A stretch of DNA of 64,000 bases from Octopus vulgaris. Taxonomy: Eukaryota. Shown here piece after piece: positions 48,871 through 62,630 of the stretch (positions are counted from its first letter, which is position 1; each line of letters begins with the position of its first letter). The notes below the pieces were generated by a model, which was given only the letters and a program-made list of their open reading frames with translations, had not been told where the DNA came from and did not search any database. The position numbers and the translations under genes are program-made. The stretch is taken from assembly GCA_951406725.2 (NCBI GenBank), contig OX597822.1, forward strand, positions 5,456,001 to 5,520,000. Reading direction: 5' to 3'.

Positions 48871-51510
48871 AGAGTGTTGCAAAAAAAAAAAACAAAGAAA
48901 GGAAAACATACTACCAATATTAAGTGTATACCTTTGTAGATACTTCATACTGACATACTCTAGTGGTTAGGGTGTTGTGCTCACAACAATATAGGCACAA
49001 GTTCAATTCCTGAATCGGCAGCATATTGTATCCTTGAACAAAGCACTTTCCTTCACATGGCTCTAGTCTATTCACTTGAAAAGTACTAGCTAAATACTCC
49101 CTTCCTACAGCTTACACATCCTTGATGTTCTGCTAAGTCCAGAGTGGGAGGGCCAAGGAGGTGTCTATGTCTGCTGGCAACTACATAACCACCTAACACA
49201 ATTAGCAAAAGCACAGAACATGCTATCAGGTCACACTCACTATTTAGTGACAACTATGGTTTACATTTTCTACCTACGCAGTTATACATAATAAATTTAT
49301 CATATTGCACAGACATTTCTAGAAAAAATTGCTTGAGCAATTCAGTTCAATAGGCTAAAGTCAAAACTTGAAATAGTAAATTATTAACCTTAACAGCAGA
49401 GAATTATGAGAAGAATTTCAAAAGTTAAATAAATATAGTAGATTAACCATGTCTATCAACAAATTTAATATGCTGAACAGCTATCCATGTCAGATACTAG
49501 GACAGTTAATTGTCTAATATATTACAATTCTAATGTCACTTAGATTTTTAAATCTGTTTTACGATGCTGACATGAGTTACACAGGTCTGTAACAATTCTC
49601 TGTCTTCTTCTTTAATCATTTCTGCTAATGTCAGTTGCACCAGTTCAAGTTTTATTTCCCTATCTTAACCTCTGCTAGGGTTAGTATTGGCTATCATTAT
49701 TCCGTTTCATCACATATTCTCACTATATATTGCCTAGCCATTCTCAAGTATCATCATTTTATGTCCCCTTTTCCTTAGGCCTCATATAAATTACAAAGAC
49801 ACACTGTCAATCCTCTCTAGTTGTGTTTCGTTGATAAATTTTACCAAGTTGTTTTTAACTACCAACAACCTAATTGATTTCCTTCTTTCATCAGCAACAA
49901 ATACTAGCACATAACACATTCTAAGCTGCCTACGAAGGATTGATTAAAGTCACTGGCATTACACCTCCACCTAAAAACAACCTGTTTTTATCACAAACAC
50001 CATCTAATTCTTTTGATAGCAAGCATAGTGTCTTTCTCCATCTATCTTTCATGCTTACACATCTAGAAGATCATATTTGATTTCTTCTCTAACCATGAAG
50101 TGTTTTGCCTGCAGATATATCATTGCTATACATCTTAATTGCAATCCATGTGTCACAAAGTATACACTCAAAGAGAGAAACTATAAGATTTTCTATTAAA
50201 TCTGAGTAAATTTAAATTCCAAAAGAGTACCAAAACACAATTATAGTCATAATTTGTAATGTATATTACTTCAATAGAAATTATTGTCACTGTTATGTAT
50301 ATTCCTTATCCATCCACTATTACAATGGATTTCAAAATGAAAACAGGTAACTACCTTCAGCCATGAATCTATAGTGTTGAACTACAAAAGGAGATTAAAT
50401 AATCTTGGAAGCAACATCAAATTCTAAAGCAAATGCATATTAAACCAGCAGTGCAGTAACTGACACATTATCTTGTCAAATTTTCTTCTCTTTTCATATC
50501 TTCCTAGAATTTATCTATTGTATTCATTTGATATGCTTCCTATCAAAGTTACTCAATACTGAAAGCAGAATAATATTTGGCTAAGCTAGCTTCTATAGGT
50601 CTTTTCCTTTATTTTCTACTCATTGTCCAATATGAATTATTAAGTAGTTCTTTGCAAGCACCCAATAAATTATAGAAATTATAGAAAATAGAAACACATT
50701 ATAATTCCAAGCTTGTGAGAGTAAATATACTATACGAAATGAACATAGGCTCTAAAATCCTTTTAACTATCATCATTGTTACTACTGTTTTCCTCAACAG
50801 CAGCATTAAGCAGATACATATTTAGCCTAACACTTTTCTTCTGTTGAAATATACTGTCTTTATTTCAATTAATTTGCAAAATAATGAAGAATGTATTAAA
50901 ATAACTACCATTATTTATAGTTGATGCTTGGAATATAAATTAACATTAAATATTTTCTAGGGGGTTCTAATTAAGATGACTTTAAAACAAGGAATTTTTA
51001 TCGGCAAACTAAGGACAGTTTCAGACAGGTTGGTATCAAAAAGAAATGTCTGTCAATTTAAGAAGCTGATGGCACAAACCACTCACATTTAGATTTCAGA
51101 GGTGCTGAAGGTCAAATTTGTCCCATGTGAACTTTGAACTCTTTGTTATGACAAATGACAATATGCTCATGAAAGTGATAGAGTTAAAATTATAAATAAA
51201 TCAGATTTGAAACAAAAAAAAACATTCAAAAGGTTACCTTCAGCATATTTCATGGGAAATAAAAAAAATTTCTTCCCTTTCCCTACCACCAGTACTGCAG
51301 ATTTTCCTCAATTTCCCAATTACCATAGAACTATATGTGTATGACACAGGTCTTCATTACATAAGGTTACCTGGCAGTACTGGGTACCAAATAGAGGAAA
51401 GAAAACCCTTTTTCTTTCATTTTTTTTCTTTACTTTTTAATTTTCTTATAATTAAATGACAAATTTCATGAACTAAAAAAGAAAAATTATGAAATACTTT
51501 AATGGTTTAA

Positions 51511-51730
51511 CCCTTTCGTTACACACCAGGCTGAAACTGGCTCTAGCACTGAGTACAAATGTCTTGTTTTCATAAGTTTTGAATTAAAATCTTCCACCAA
51601 ACCTTAGTCACAATTTATGTTCCTAACACTAGCTGAATGATAACTGAATTATTTTACTAAATTCTTTGTTATATTTAAAGTAATTGAAAGAAACACAGAG
51701 CATCACAAAATAAATACAGTAACGAAAGGG
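51511..51730. mobile_element. piggyBac-like MITE family 2 (220 bp)
   Basis: TTAA|CCCTTTCGTTAC ... GTAACGAAAGGG|TTAA (perfect 12-bp TIR); related decayed copies near 6790-7030, 1240-1470 and 50830-51040. Confidence 0.85.
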
Positions 51731-52197
51731 TTAAAAGGTAGAGACTTCTTCCTAGAGGAAAAGAAATTTTTTTTTCTTCAAAACTTCAACATAATCATAA
51801 TCCATGCCGCCAAAAACAGATCTCCAAAAAATGCCATTAAAAGAAAATACATTATGAGAAAGTTACAAGGATATGAATTTAAGGGTGAAGAGTCATTGTC
51901 TTGCTGATAAGTTTCAAAAGTCTGGGATACTCTTGAAATTGAGTGAAATGAAAACTCCCTTATTTGAAATGTAAGAATTAGTGGCAGGAAGAGCATCCAT
52001 CCGTAAAACAAAGTTTCAGCAATATTTATTCTTTTAATCTATGCTAGCATTGCAAACAAATGAAGTCTCCCACGAACAGGCCATCATGATCTTAAAGTGT
52101 TTCAACACTATCAAGCTGTGTGATATCCATAGAAACACTGAGTGCATACAAAGATTTGAGCACTGGCCATCTACGTTAAACTAAATAGCATTTTTAA

Positions 52198-52486
52198 CCC
52201 TTTAACTTTCATATTACCCTGTCAAATATAATGCTTACTTATTCACAATTGTTTTGAATTAATCATGCTATCGCATAGGTTTGAGAGCTCAATTATGTAA
52301 TTGTTTATTTTTAGAAACATAGGTGCAGGAGTGGCTGTGTGGTAAGTAGCTTGTTTACCAACCACATGGTTCTGGGTTCAGTCCCACTGCGTGGCACCTT
52401 GGGTGAGTGTCTTCTACTATAGCCTCGGGCCGACCAAAGCCTTGTGAGTGGATTTGGTAGACAGAAACTGAAAGAAGCCCGTCGTA

Positions 52487-52525
<39 letters not shown>

Positions 52526-52869
52526 TATATGCGTGTGTGTGTTTGTGTATCTGTGTTTATCCCCCTAGCATTGCTTGACAATCGATGCTGGTGTGTTTAT
52601 GTTCCCGTTACTTAGCGGTTCGGCAAAAGAGGCCGATAGAATAAGTACTGGGCTTACAAAAGAATAAGTCCCGGGGTCGAGTTGCTCGATTAAAGGCGTT
52701 GCTCCAGCATGGCTGCAGTCAAATGACTGAAACAAGTAAAAGAGTAAAAAGAGTATATTGTAAGGTAGGTGTGAGTGGCTGATTTGAACATAAAATGGGT
52801 ACAATATCTAAACCAGATATGGCTGGTTTAACTGCTAAACCAGATATGGCTGGTTTAAATGCTAAACAG
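52198..52869. mobile_element. MITE family 1 copy interrupted by a young SINE
   Basis: TTAACCCTTTAAC... left part; SINE at 52322-52754; right part ...CCAGATATGGCTGGTTTAAATGCTAAACAGTTAA with a short terminal tandem duplication. Confidence 0.7.
52322..52754 (+). mobile_element. SINE-A young copy
   Basis: Full head to tail, inside a MITE. Confidence 0.92.
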
Positions 52870-54602
52870 TTAAAAGTGTCTAGGCCACAGATACATCATG
52901 ATATCAGTAACAAGAAACGTAGCAGCAACATTTCATCTAAATGTTGATTACACCATTAATTCACCCAACCATTTTCTTGCTCCTCAGAGAATACTTATAA
53001 ACAGTCAAGCCAATAAGAGAGCCTGTAGTCATTCAATTCAGCCTGCTTAGAATAACATCCAAATCATTCTTAAATAACACTCTGCCAACTTAAAAAAAGA
53101 AGAAAAAAAAACACAGCAATGGTTTTTGATCATAAGCTTGCTAAATCCAGACTGACTCGGGGCTTAATAACAACAACCAATAAAATAGCAGTAAAGCCAT
53201 AGTAGTAAAGCTAATACTTTTTACATATGGATATATAAAGCTATGGCATTTTACTTGTGGAGAAGTAGAGAGGCAGTATTATATCTGCCAGTAAAGAAAG
53301 TGAAAATGAATATTCAACTCTGGGAAAGTCAGTGAGACATTTCTCAAACAATAGGAAAAGGAGTAAAATTTCACTTGCTAATTAATGAGGAAGCAAATAC
53401 CACAAAAGAAAATGAAGTAACAATATGTTGCATGTTGGTCACCAAAATAAAGCTATCTGAAATGACAAAAACGGTCTAATTCTATAAGGAAATACATTTA
53501 ACTCTTAACTGAATTGACCAGAATACATATCAAAGGCCAAAACTCAGACATTGAGATTTTTGAACATTGACCAAATGGCCAACAGTAACTTTATACATTT
53601 ATGCAGCAGGGCAATGTCTCATATATGTTACAAACATTTTTAATTTTCTGAAAGAGCAGTGAAGAAGTTATGTATAATCACAACAGCGATGCTAATAATG
53701 TTAGCTGTAAGCAATTGTAATGACTATGAAATCAATATCACCATTGTTGCACCATTCATGTATCGATATTTTCTCACAATATGATCGCAACACAACCACA
53801 TTTCAATATGTAGTAAAACCCAGCTCTGTCTATATTTCATTATCACCGGAATCACCATTCAAATAACGATAACTCTATGAGCAAATATTTTCAGGTACAG
53901 AAAAACAGCATATGATCAAATACACACACACACATACAAACTGATACAAAAATTGGAGTTAACTGAAGAAAAAGGGTTATATCATATATACAAAACATCA
54001 CTACTTTTTAATATCCCTTCATTTTTATCTTCTGCTTTCATCCATTCTTCATTTATATCATCTTTAAATGTCAAAGCAAAATTAATCTGGAATTCTGTGA
54101 TAACATCTAATATCTTGACAGATGTTGACAGAGCATGCGAAACAAATTAATAAGAATGCAAAACAGAACAAAAAGAAACACACCACGAAAATGATGTGTC
54201 CATATGAAAGAAAAGAGAGAGAATGTGTGATAAACATGTAGATAAAAAGGCTAGCAGGCAAGTAAAAGGCAGACAAATGCACACCAGACACACATTAGGA
54301 CATAGATAGTGATGCAGGTAATTCACTCAATTGAGTGGAAGATGATACAATATAAACACTGTTAGCTACCAGCATAATTTTATAGAATCTGGACATGAGT
54401 TTTAAACTGAATTTATTTAAAAATAACATCAGACATATTGAAACTGCTAATATAAAAGAAAGAAAAATAGATAGATAGATACATACATACCTACATATAT
54501 ACATACATACCTGCCTACACACATATGCACATACATACATACATCCATACATAGGGAAAGGAAGCGATAAAAAAGAGAGAACGACTGTGTGCTTATAAGT
54601 AT

Positions 54603-55019
54603 TACTCTTTTACTCTTTTACTTGTTTCAGTCATTTGACTGCGGCCATGCTGGAGCACCGCCTTTAGTTGAGCAACTCGATCCCAGGACTTATTCTTTTT
54701 GTAAGCCCAGTACTTATTCTATAGGTCTCTTTTTGCCGAACCGCTAAGTGACGGGGACGTAAACACACCAGCATCGGTTGTCAAGCAATGCTAGGGGAAC
54801 AAACACAGACACACAAACATATACATACACATACATATATATATATATATACATATATACGACGGGCTTCTTTCAGTTTCCGTCTACCAAATCCACTCAC
54901 AAGGCATTGGTCGGCCCGGGGCTATAGCAGAAGACACTTGCCCAAGATGCCACGCAGTGGGACTGAACCCGGAACCATGTGGACAGTTAGCAAGCTACTT
55001 ACCACACAGCCACTCCTGC
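54603..55019 (-). mobile_element. SINE-A young copy, inverted
   Basis: Reverse complement of SINE-A. Confidence 0.92.
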
Positions 55020-55767
55020 AAATAAATAAATATGAATGTATACATATACCATTGCTTATCCATATGTATATACGTTATTGTATATAAGATGTACAATTGT
55101 GTAGGTGCCAGCATGGTTGTGTGGTCAGGAACTTTGCTTTGCACCCAGATGGTTTGCATGGCACTTTGGACAAGTGTCTTCTACTATAGCCCCAGGTTGA
55201 CCCGTGCCTTGTGAGTAAATGTGATGGAAGACAGTAACTCTGTGTGTGTGTGTGTGTCTTTCATGCTTGACAACCAGTGTAACTTTGCCTACAGCCTTCT
55301 AAATCAACAGTGTGGCAAAGAAGAGAGGGATAGAATAAATACCAGAAGTGAGTACTAGAAATGATTTAACTGACTGGAAAGCACTTCAAGGCGATATTCC
55401 AGCAGAGCTGCAGTCAAATGACTGAAAGAAGTAACACAATAAATGATTACATACAATCTACATGATCCTAATCAGTGTTTGTGCACATGTATAACTGAAT
55501 AAACTACATGTGTGCGTACATGTGTGTGTGTGTGTGTAACACATATACTCATAAACACACACACACACAAAATAGATAATCCCATTTATCAGAAATTAAT
55601 GTAGGCCGGGCATAGTGACCATGTGGTTAAGAAGTTTGTTTTCAAACTGCACAGTTTTGAGTTAAGCTCCTTGGATATGCATCTTTTACTTATAGCTCCA
55701 AGGCCAACCAATGCCATGTGAGTGAATTTGGTAAACAGAAATTGTGCAGAGGCCTGTGTGTGTGTTA

Positions 55768-55990
55768 CCCTTTAGAATTAAGATTAATCTATCAAATGTA
55801 ATGCTTCTTTCATTCATATTGTTTTTAATTATTCATGCATTATCTCATAGCTTCAAGATTTCAATGTTGCGGTTGTTTATTTCTAGAATGGTGTTGTAAA
55901 GTAAGGTTGGGAGGCTGGATCTGTCCAGTATAGTTATAAAACAGGGCTGAATATTTGGGCCAGATATGGCCAGTTTAAATACTAAAGAGT
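55768..55990. mobile_element. MITE family 1 copy inserted in an old SINE
   Basis: CCCTTTAGAATT...CCAGATATGGCCAGTTTAAATACTAAAGAG|TTAA lying between the head (from about 55604) and tail (to about 56185) of a diverged SINE-A. Confidence 0.7.
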
Positions 55991-56248
55991 TAATGTTTGT
56001 TTCTCACTACTTGACAACCTGTGATGGTGTGTTTACATTCTTATAACTTAGCAGTTTGGTAAGAAGAACCCAACAGAATAAGTACTGGACTTCAAAATAA
56101 GTACTCGGTTCCAATTTGATCAACTGACCACTTAAGTTAAAATTCCAGCATGGCTACAGACCAATAAATGAAACAACTAAGAGAATATATAGATGGCATC
56201 AGTGTGACTGGCTGCATGTACTAAATAAAATGTGTGTGAGTGTGTGTA

Positions 56249-57135
56249 CGAGGGGATACCAAAAGAAACTGGAATTTTACAATATTATTTTATTCACTAA
56301 GTTGTACATGTTTACTCTGTTATTGCCTTCAAAGCATTCTCCATTTGAAGCAATGCATTTGTCCCGACACATTTCCCACTGTTTGAAGCAGTGATGGAAC
56401 TCTTACGAAGTGATGCCTTTTAATGCCTCCATTGTTTTTTTCTTCACCTCTTCTATATCTGCAAATTCCATAGAACCAGCTTTCATTACCTGTGATGACC
56501 TTTGAAAAACGGTCCAGATCAACTTCCAACTGTTCTTTCAGTTTCTGACGCACATTCAGTTGTGACACTTTTGATCTTCTCTGAGAAAGTGAGGCACAAA
56601 TTTTGATGCAACTCTTTCCATTCACAATTCCACACAAAAAATTCATTGGCAGGAGTTTCTGGACACACCAGTCATATCAACAAATTCATCAATTGTTTGG
56701 TGATGGTCCTCTGAGACCAATTAATGAATTTTCATGATGTTTTCACTCATTCAAAAGGTCGATGGTCACCCTGAATGAGGTTGGTCTTCAAGTGACAGGT
56801 GACTGTTCCTAAAGCATGAAAACCACTTATGAAACATCCTTGAAAGCTGTTTGAAGTACGACAACTGTTTCAGCCACTGCTTTCCCCAGCAGAAGACAGA
56901 ATTTCATGGAGGCACACTGTTCTTTAGTTTCAGCCATCACAAAAATTGACAAACACAGGGGAAGCACTGCAAAACAAAGATGCACCACGTGGCGATACAG
57001 CTCCACACAACACCACCAGTTGGCAGACTGATATCTGGAGGTTGCATCAAGTGGATTCTGGTGGCTGAAGCTGAACTACAACAGGTTTGTCCCACAGAGA
57101 ACGTTTCCAGTTACTTTTGGTTGGCTACCTTCTCA
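56249..57135 (-). mobile_element. Mariner element, internally deleted, decayed
   Basis: TA|CGAGGGGATACCAAAAGAAACTGGAA and TTCCAGTTACTTTTGGTTGGCTACCTTCTCA|TA form imperfect TIRs. Minus strand encodes FSKVITGNESWFYG joined directly to a C-terminal FADIEEVKKKTMEALKGI...CFKQWE..RDKCIASNGECFEG. Confidence 0.88.
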
Positions 57136-58440
57136 TATATATATGTATATATATATATATACACACACACACAAGTATACATTAACTCCTACAACACATA
57201 ATCATAGTTACATTTTTCAGAAATTCATGTAGAATATATCAAAATGCTTCAGTCATGTACACACACAAATCAGAAATAATATAAAAACAATTTATTAATA
57301 TATTTAGCAAAATTAATATAACAAGAGAACAAAATCAGAATTAAACCTGTAGCCCTGAGCTTGTTGTTAACACCCATCAGTTTTTATTTGTAGATTACCT
57401 GCCAATGGTTGGCATTCTTCACAATGCAGTTTATTACTGCTTTTGCATATTAGTAATAATATCTGCAGCCAGCTAGCCACAATATTGTTCCCTTCTAACC
57501 CAGTCTATAGAAACTAGCATTTTATTGAGTTACTTAAAAATCAGAACAAAGGTTCCACCTGAACTCCTGTTGATCTCCACAGCGAATGTAACAAACAAAC
57601 CAGAGTAGTAGTGCTGTAAATGCTTCTGAAAGATTTCAGAGGTGTAGAAAGACAGAAATGTATAACCCATAAATTTGGCATATGAGAAAAAGAAGGAAAC
57701 AAAAAAAAAAAAGATCAAAATTAATGTCCAACTGCAGAAAGAACAGTGTGTCGTGTCATAGTATCATCATTTCTCATGCACCAGACTAATTACGTTCAGT
57801 AAAACTATATTCAGTTGCATGAGTGAGTGAATACCTTTTATCTGCAACAATGAATTCTCTTTCTATGTGATGCAGCACACCATGTGTTTAATGTAATCAG
57901 GGAAAAAGGGTGCAGGGAATATAACACAAGAATCCAACTAAATGTATTACTAATGACAAAAGCCATAATAAAAACCAATAAATAGCAGCTCTTTAAAAGA
58001 CAATATATTTAATTTTGTGCACATTTTACATCAATGTGGTAACAAGTGACCAGTTTTCCGTCCCTTCTGCAGTGAATAAACTGATAGGTTTTAGTGTAAG
58101 AAGAAACAAACAAAAATGATAAAAAGAACAAAAAAGGCCATGAATTATCATCCTTTTGACAGCTGTTTTTCATAAAGGCATGGGGTGAATAGTTCTACAG
58201 TTCAGCATTTCTCATAGGACTTACTGCTACAACATCATATTTGTAAAGACCATAATTCTTAGATCTAATCTTGTTCACTCAGTCCTAGATGTTATTTTTT
58301 TTTTTTTCAACAAAGGACACCATCCACCTAAATTTTCATTTATCATATTTTATCCAATGTGCATCATCTATCCACATCAATACAGTAGATGGTCCTGCAT
58401 GCACCTGCCAAAGTCTAACAGTGATCAATCGCTTCATAAA

Positions 58441-58720
58441 ATTAATTGCAGGCAGACTCAATGTGATTACCTGACATACTACAAATAGCAGCTTACTATC
58501 TCACACATCATACCGTAGCATCTTATGAAATTACTTGCAAACAGCCTCAATGCGATTACTTGACATACAAGAGATAGCAGCTCAATATCTCCCACATCGC
58601 ACCCTACCATCTTACATAAAATGTACATTAGATAATATAGTATTAGACATTTCCAAAAAGTAGGATAGTCATAGCTAGAATGCTTTTGATCATAAGTGCA
58701 CCTAATCCTGATGGACCAGA
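58441..58720 (+). repeat. Dispersed repeat copy with an 89-bp diverged tandem duplication at its 5' end
   Basis: 58441-58529 aligns with 58530-58618; the body (ATAGCAGC...CACCCTAC...AGGATAGTCATAGCTAGAATG..TTTGATCATA) recurs near 724-800, 8668-8925, 29700-29880 minus and 53010-53175. Confidence 0.7.
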
Positions 58721-61700
58721 ATGTTAAGAACATCAACAAGTTGCAATCATGCTAACAGTATTTATAGGGTTGAATGAAAACAGTCCAGGGGTGGGGGCGA
58801 ACTCGATAGAAATATTGTAGGGTTTTATATGATATATGGAGAATTGAGAAACTCTAAGCAGCAGAGATAAAACAAACAATTCATCATCATCATGGCCTAT
58901 ATGAATTCCTGGCAGGACAGAGTCTTTCCACAGCAGTCTTTCAATGTGTGTTTTTTGTTGTTGTTTCTTCTTTTAGGTGTGTGTGGGGGGGGGGGGGCAG
59001 GTCCATCTATACCATATTTAATAGCAACTTCTGCTGATATCTATCAAGTATTTCTTTGGCATCCTGCTTTATTATTTTTTTTCATCTTAATTCTAATGCA
59101 ATGCTTCACCAAACTTCAATGTGTATCTTACATCACCACTTATGTCTAGTTGTATTTATTGGATGGTGGGTCCCTGCTTGACTTTAACCCTGAGGATTTT
59201 GTCGCTCACACTTCCTGAATATCTAATATTTAAGAACATCTCAATAAAATATATTAAAAATTTGTTCTTTTTTAAAACCAAACAAGGCAGATAACTCCAA
59301 TATCTGCCAACTGAAATGTTCAGCCAATATACAATGCAGACAAGCAATCCTTTCTATTCTACAGTGTCTATATCACTGAAATTACATATGTATACTCTAA
59401 TGCAACAGTAATAAATTTAATCACTTTATAACAACTACTTCTACTGAACCAGTCAAGTTGCACAGTCTTCATTTTGCAGTTGTTTATGTTATCAGTTATT
59501 AATGTGTGTGTAATATACCTTATTTATAGTGTCCATCAATCTACAAATTATGCACACTCACTGCTTGCACAGACTGGCCAGTGTTTAGTTTCTACCTATT
59601 TTGATTAATTTTGGATTATAAATCTAAATGGAATAATTGCATATTGATTAAAGATATCTGGCTTTCAAGGCTAATTTTATTCCTAGTAACAAAAGAAGAA
59701 TGACAGCTGAATAAGTACAAAATTAGTAAGAATTCATATGGAGTATGTTAGAATTTTAAATAGTTTGCATCTTTTTCGTAAAATAATATTTCAAGAAATG
59801 CATTAACCAAGTGAATTAATTGCTAGTATAACATTTTACATTGCAAAGTTCTAAAACACCTGTATATTCCACTGCAAACATTGTACTTATTACATTTCCC
59901 AAGACATGGACTTAATACACATTGCATTTGTCAACTATTTGTCTAAAGAAAAATCAAAAGATACAAGCATTTGATCCAGAGGACACTTTACAATAAGCCA
60001 AATATAATTTAGCTTTCTCAATCTGCGACAAGCAAAAGACTTATATTTTTATTTTCTCTTCAGTTCAAAAATGTACAACGAATAGCAGGATATTTATAAA
60101 TAGTTGTATCAAGTAATATTGGAAAGTAATTTAAAAGGTTAAAAAAAATGCCAAGATGAAATTCATTGAGATTAAGACAATCAATGCAACAGAAGTAGTG
60201 AATATTGAAAAAGGAAATTTGAGAGAGAATTGAGTAATTTGAAATGGTCAGTGATTCAAGAGTCAGACACTACAATAAAAATGTTGCCCACCAGTAAACA
60301 TATGAGGATTGAAACCTATCAAGAATTATTTATTATATTATCAACTGGGATAGTATCTCTGGACGCTGGCAATTTATTGAGTAAATGCCAGATTGGTTGT
60401 TTGTTGTTAAAAAAGAAGACAAAACAAAATGCCGCCATGGAAAACATAAGACAAAGTAATGGAACTAGTACAAAGAAGCATTAGCGGAGATGGGGAGATC
60501 TGTGTTCAGACATGCAGGCGCAAACTACTGGCAAGAAGGTGAAATAAAAATTCTTGAAGTAACACTATGTATTCAAAGCAAGATTAGAAAAATTACTAAA
60601 ATAAGATAAATTTCAGAGCTATAAAAAATTTTTTCTTTAGAATGAGTGACTTAGGAAAAATTTGTAGAGATTTATAAGTTGGCTCTATTGACAGGTTGAA
60701 ACCATTAAAAATAAATAATGACAGTACAATGAAAGAAAGGAAAACAAACTATACAGAAAAGTTAACATATGCATGTGTGCACACACATGCATACAGACAT
60801 GCATGCACAATAAAAAATATACACATAAAAAAAAAAACAGAGAGAAAATTTAAAGTGTTTAATACCAGCAAACGTCATCTATATCTGATTCGAGTTTCAA
60901 ATAGCTGACACAGTTCTAAGAACAAATTTAGAGAATTTCATTGAAAATAGTAATAGAAAAGAAGTTAATCCAACACAACAGGTAATTCTTGACAGCAATT
61001 ACTAGAGGCAGCAGGCATTAGGAACATTCATTACAAGCACTCTACAATGCAAATTGCTAAAAGAAATAAATAACAATACATACATCTACATATATAAGCA
61101 ATAGATACAGACAATCTCTCTCTCTCTCTCTCTCCCTCCCTTTCTCTCTTTATCTATATGTGTGTGTGTGTATAATCTGGTGAAGTAAGGGAATGGAGTG
61201 AAAGAAGAAAATCAAAGATCTGAGATAAAAGTAATTAAAAAAAATATATAGAAATAAATATAAAGACAAATATGAGACAAAAATTGAACAAAATGTCATT
61301 TCCCCACCATTATAAAAACTTCAAAAGTTAATTGCAAAATAAAAATATTATTATCATCATCATCATTTATTTAGTACTAACAAAAATAGTAGCAAAATCA
61401 AACCTTATTATCAAGTCAAAAATTTTATTATAATTTATATTTATTTTTCATTATAACATCAGATAATTTTCTTCTTTCATTCTTGCTATTTAAATATAAT
61501 AGAAAAATACATGGAAAAATGCTTCAAATAATTTGTTATGGTGTACTATCATTCTACTTTTCAAAAAATGGCTTAAGGCAAATAAGGTTTTGAAGATGTA
61601 CAGAAATTACATGCATGCAAGCAGGCATGGATGAATAGATGAATGGATGGATAGACAGATAAATTAATGTGTGTGTATATGCTTCTTTCCACTCTACAAT

Positions 61701-62226
61701 AACCCAACGCAATCAAAGAATATCTTAGTCTTGCAAGCTGCATGGAAACCTCACTAGTGCTGGTGCCATGAAAAAAGCACACAGTACACTCTGTGAAGTG
61801 TCTGACATCAGGAATAACACTGAGCTGTAGAAACCATACCAAAGCAGACACTGGAGTATAATGGAGTTCTTGGACATTGAATTCTGTTAAACTTTCCAAG
61901 CCAAGCTAGTATGGAAGAAGAATTTTAAATAACGATGACATTCATTGTGATCATGATATAGTGTGTATGTGTGTGAAAAACTGTAAAACATTAACTGAGA
62001 AAGCACACAATATGTGTAGAAAGAATTTTTTTTTTTTTCAAAGTATAAGTTCACAGTCACTTAGAAATTCCATCAGACTGTGAATTCTACAGTTGGAGGT
62101 GCCTAAAGTTAGTGCTTTGAGAATATATATTGATTACTGTGTAGATGGGGATTTATATATAAAGCTAGAGATAGTAAGTGGCAACTATTGTTAAATTTTA
62201 AATGATAAAGTTAAGAAACATATACC

Positions 62227-62630
62227 GGCGCAGGAGTGGCTGTGTGGTAAGTAGCTTGTCTACCAACCACATGGTTTCGGGTTCAGTCCCACTGCGTGGC
62301 ACCTTGGGCAAGTGTCTTCTACTATAGCCTCGGGCCGACCAAAGCCTTGTGAGTGGATTTGGTAGACAGAAACTGAAAGAAGCCCGTCGTATATATGTAT
62401 ATATATATGCATGTGTGTGTTTGTGTGTGTGTGTTTGTCCCCTAGCATTGCTTGACAACCGATGCTGGTGTGTTTATGTCCCCGTTACTTAGCGGTTCGG
62501 CAAAAGAGGCCGATAGAATAAGTACTGGGCTTACAAAGAATAAGTCCCGGGATCGATTTGCTCGACTAAAGGCGGTGCTCCAGCAAGGCCGCAGTCAAAT
62601 GACTGAAACAAGTAAAAGAGTAAAAAGAGT
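62227..62630 (+). mobile_element. SINE-A young copy
   Basis: GGCGCAGGAGTGGCTGTGTGG ... GTAAAAGAGTAAAAAGAGT. Confidence 0.92.

Noticed and set aside
48431-48948. 148-aa ORF, among the longest in the track
   Set aside because: Frameshifted CR1-type LINE remnant, not a host gene.
58985-58997. Poly-G run as a G-quadruplex
   Set aside because: Simple homopolymer with no supporting context; its length is also error-prone in assemblies.
60431-60484. Perfect Kozak sequence GCCGCCATGG
   Set aside because: Opens only 15 codons (MENIRQSNGTSTKKH*) with no donor site or promoter-like context; likely chance.
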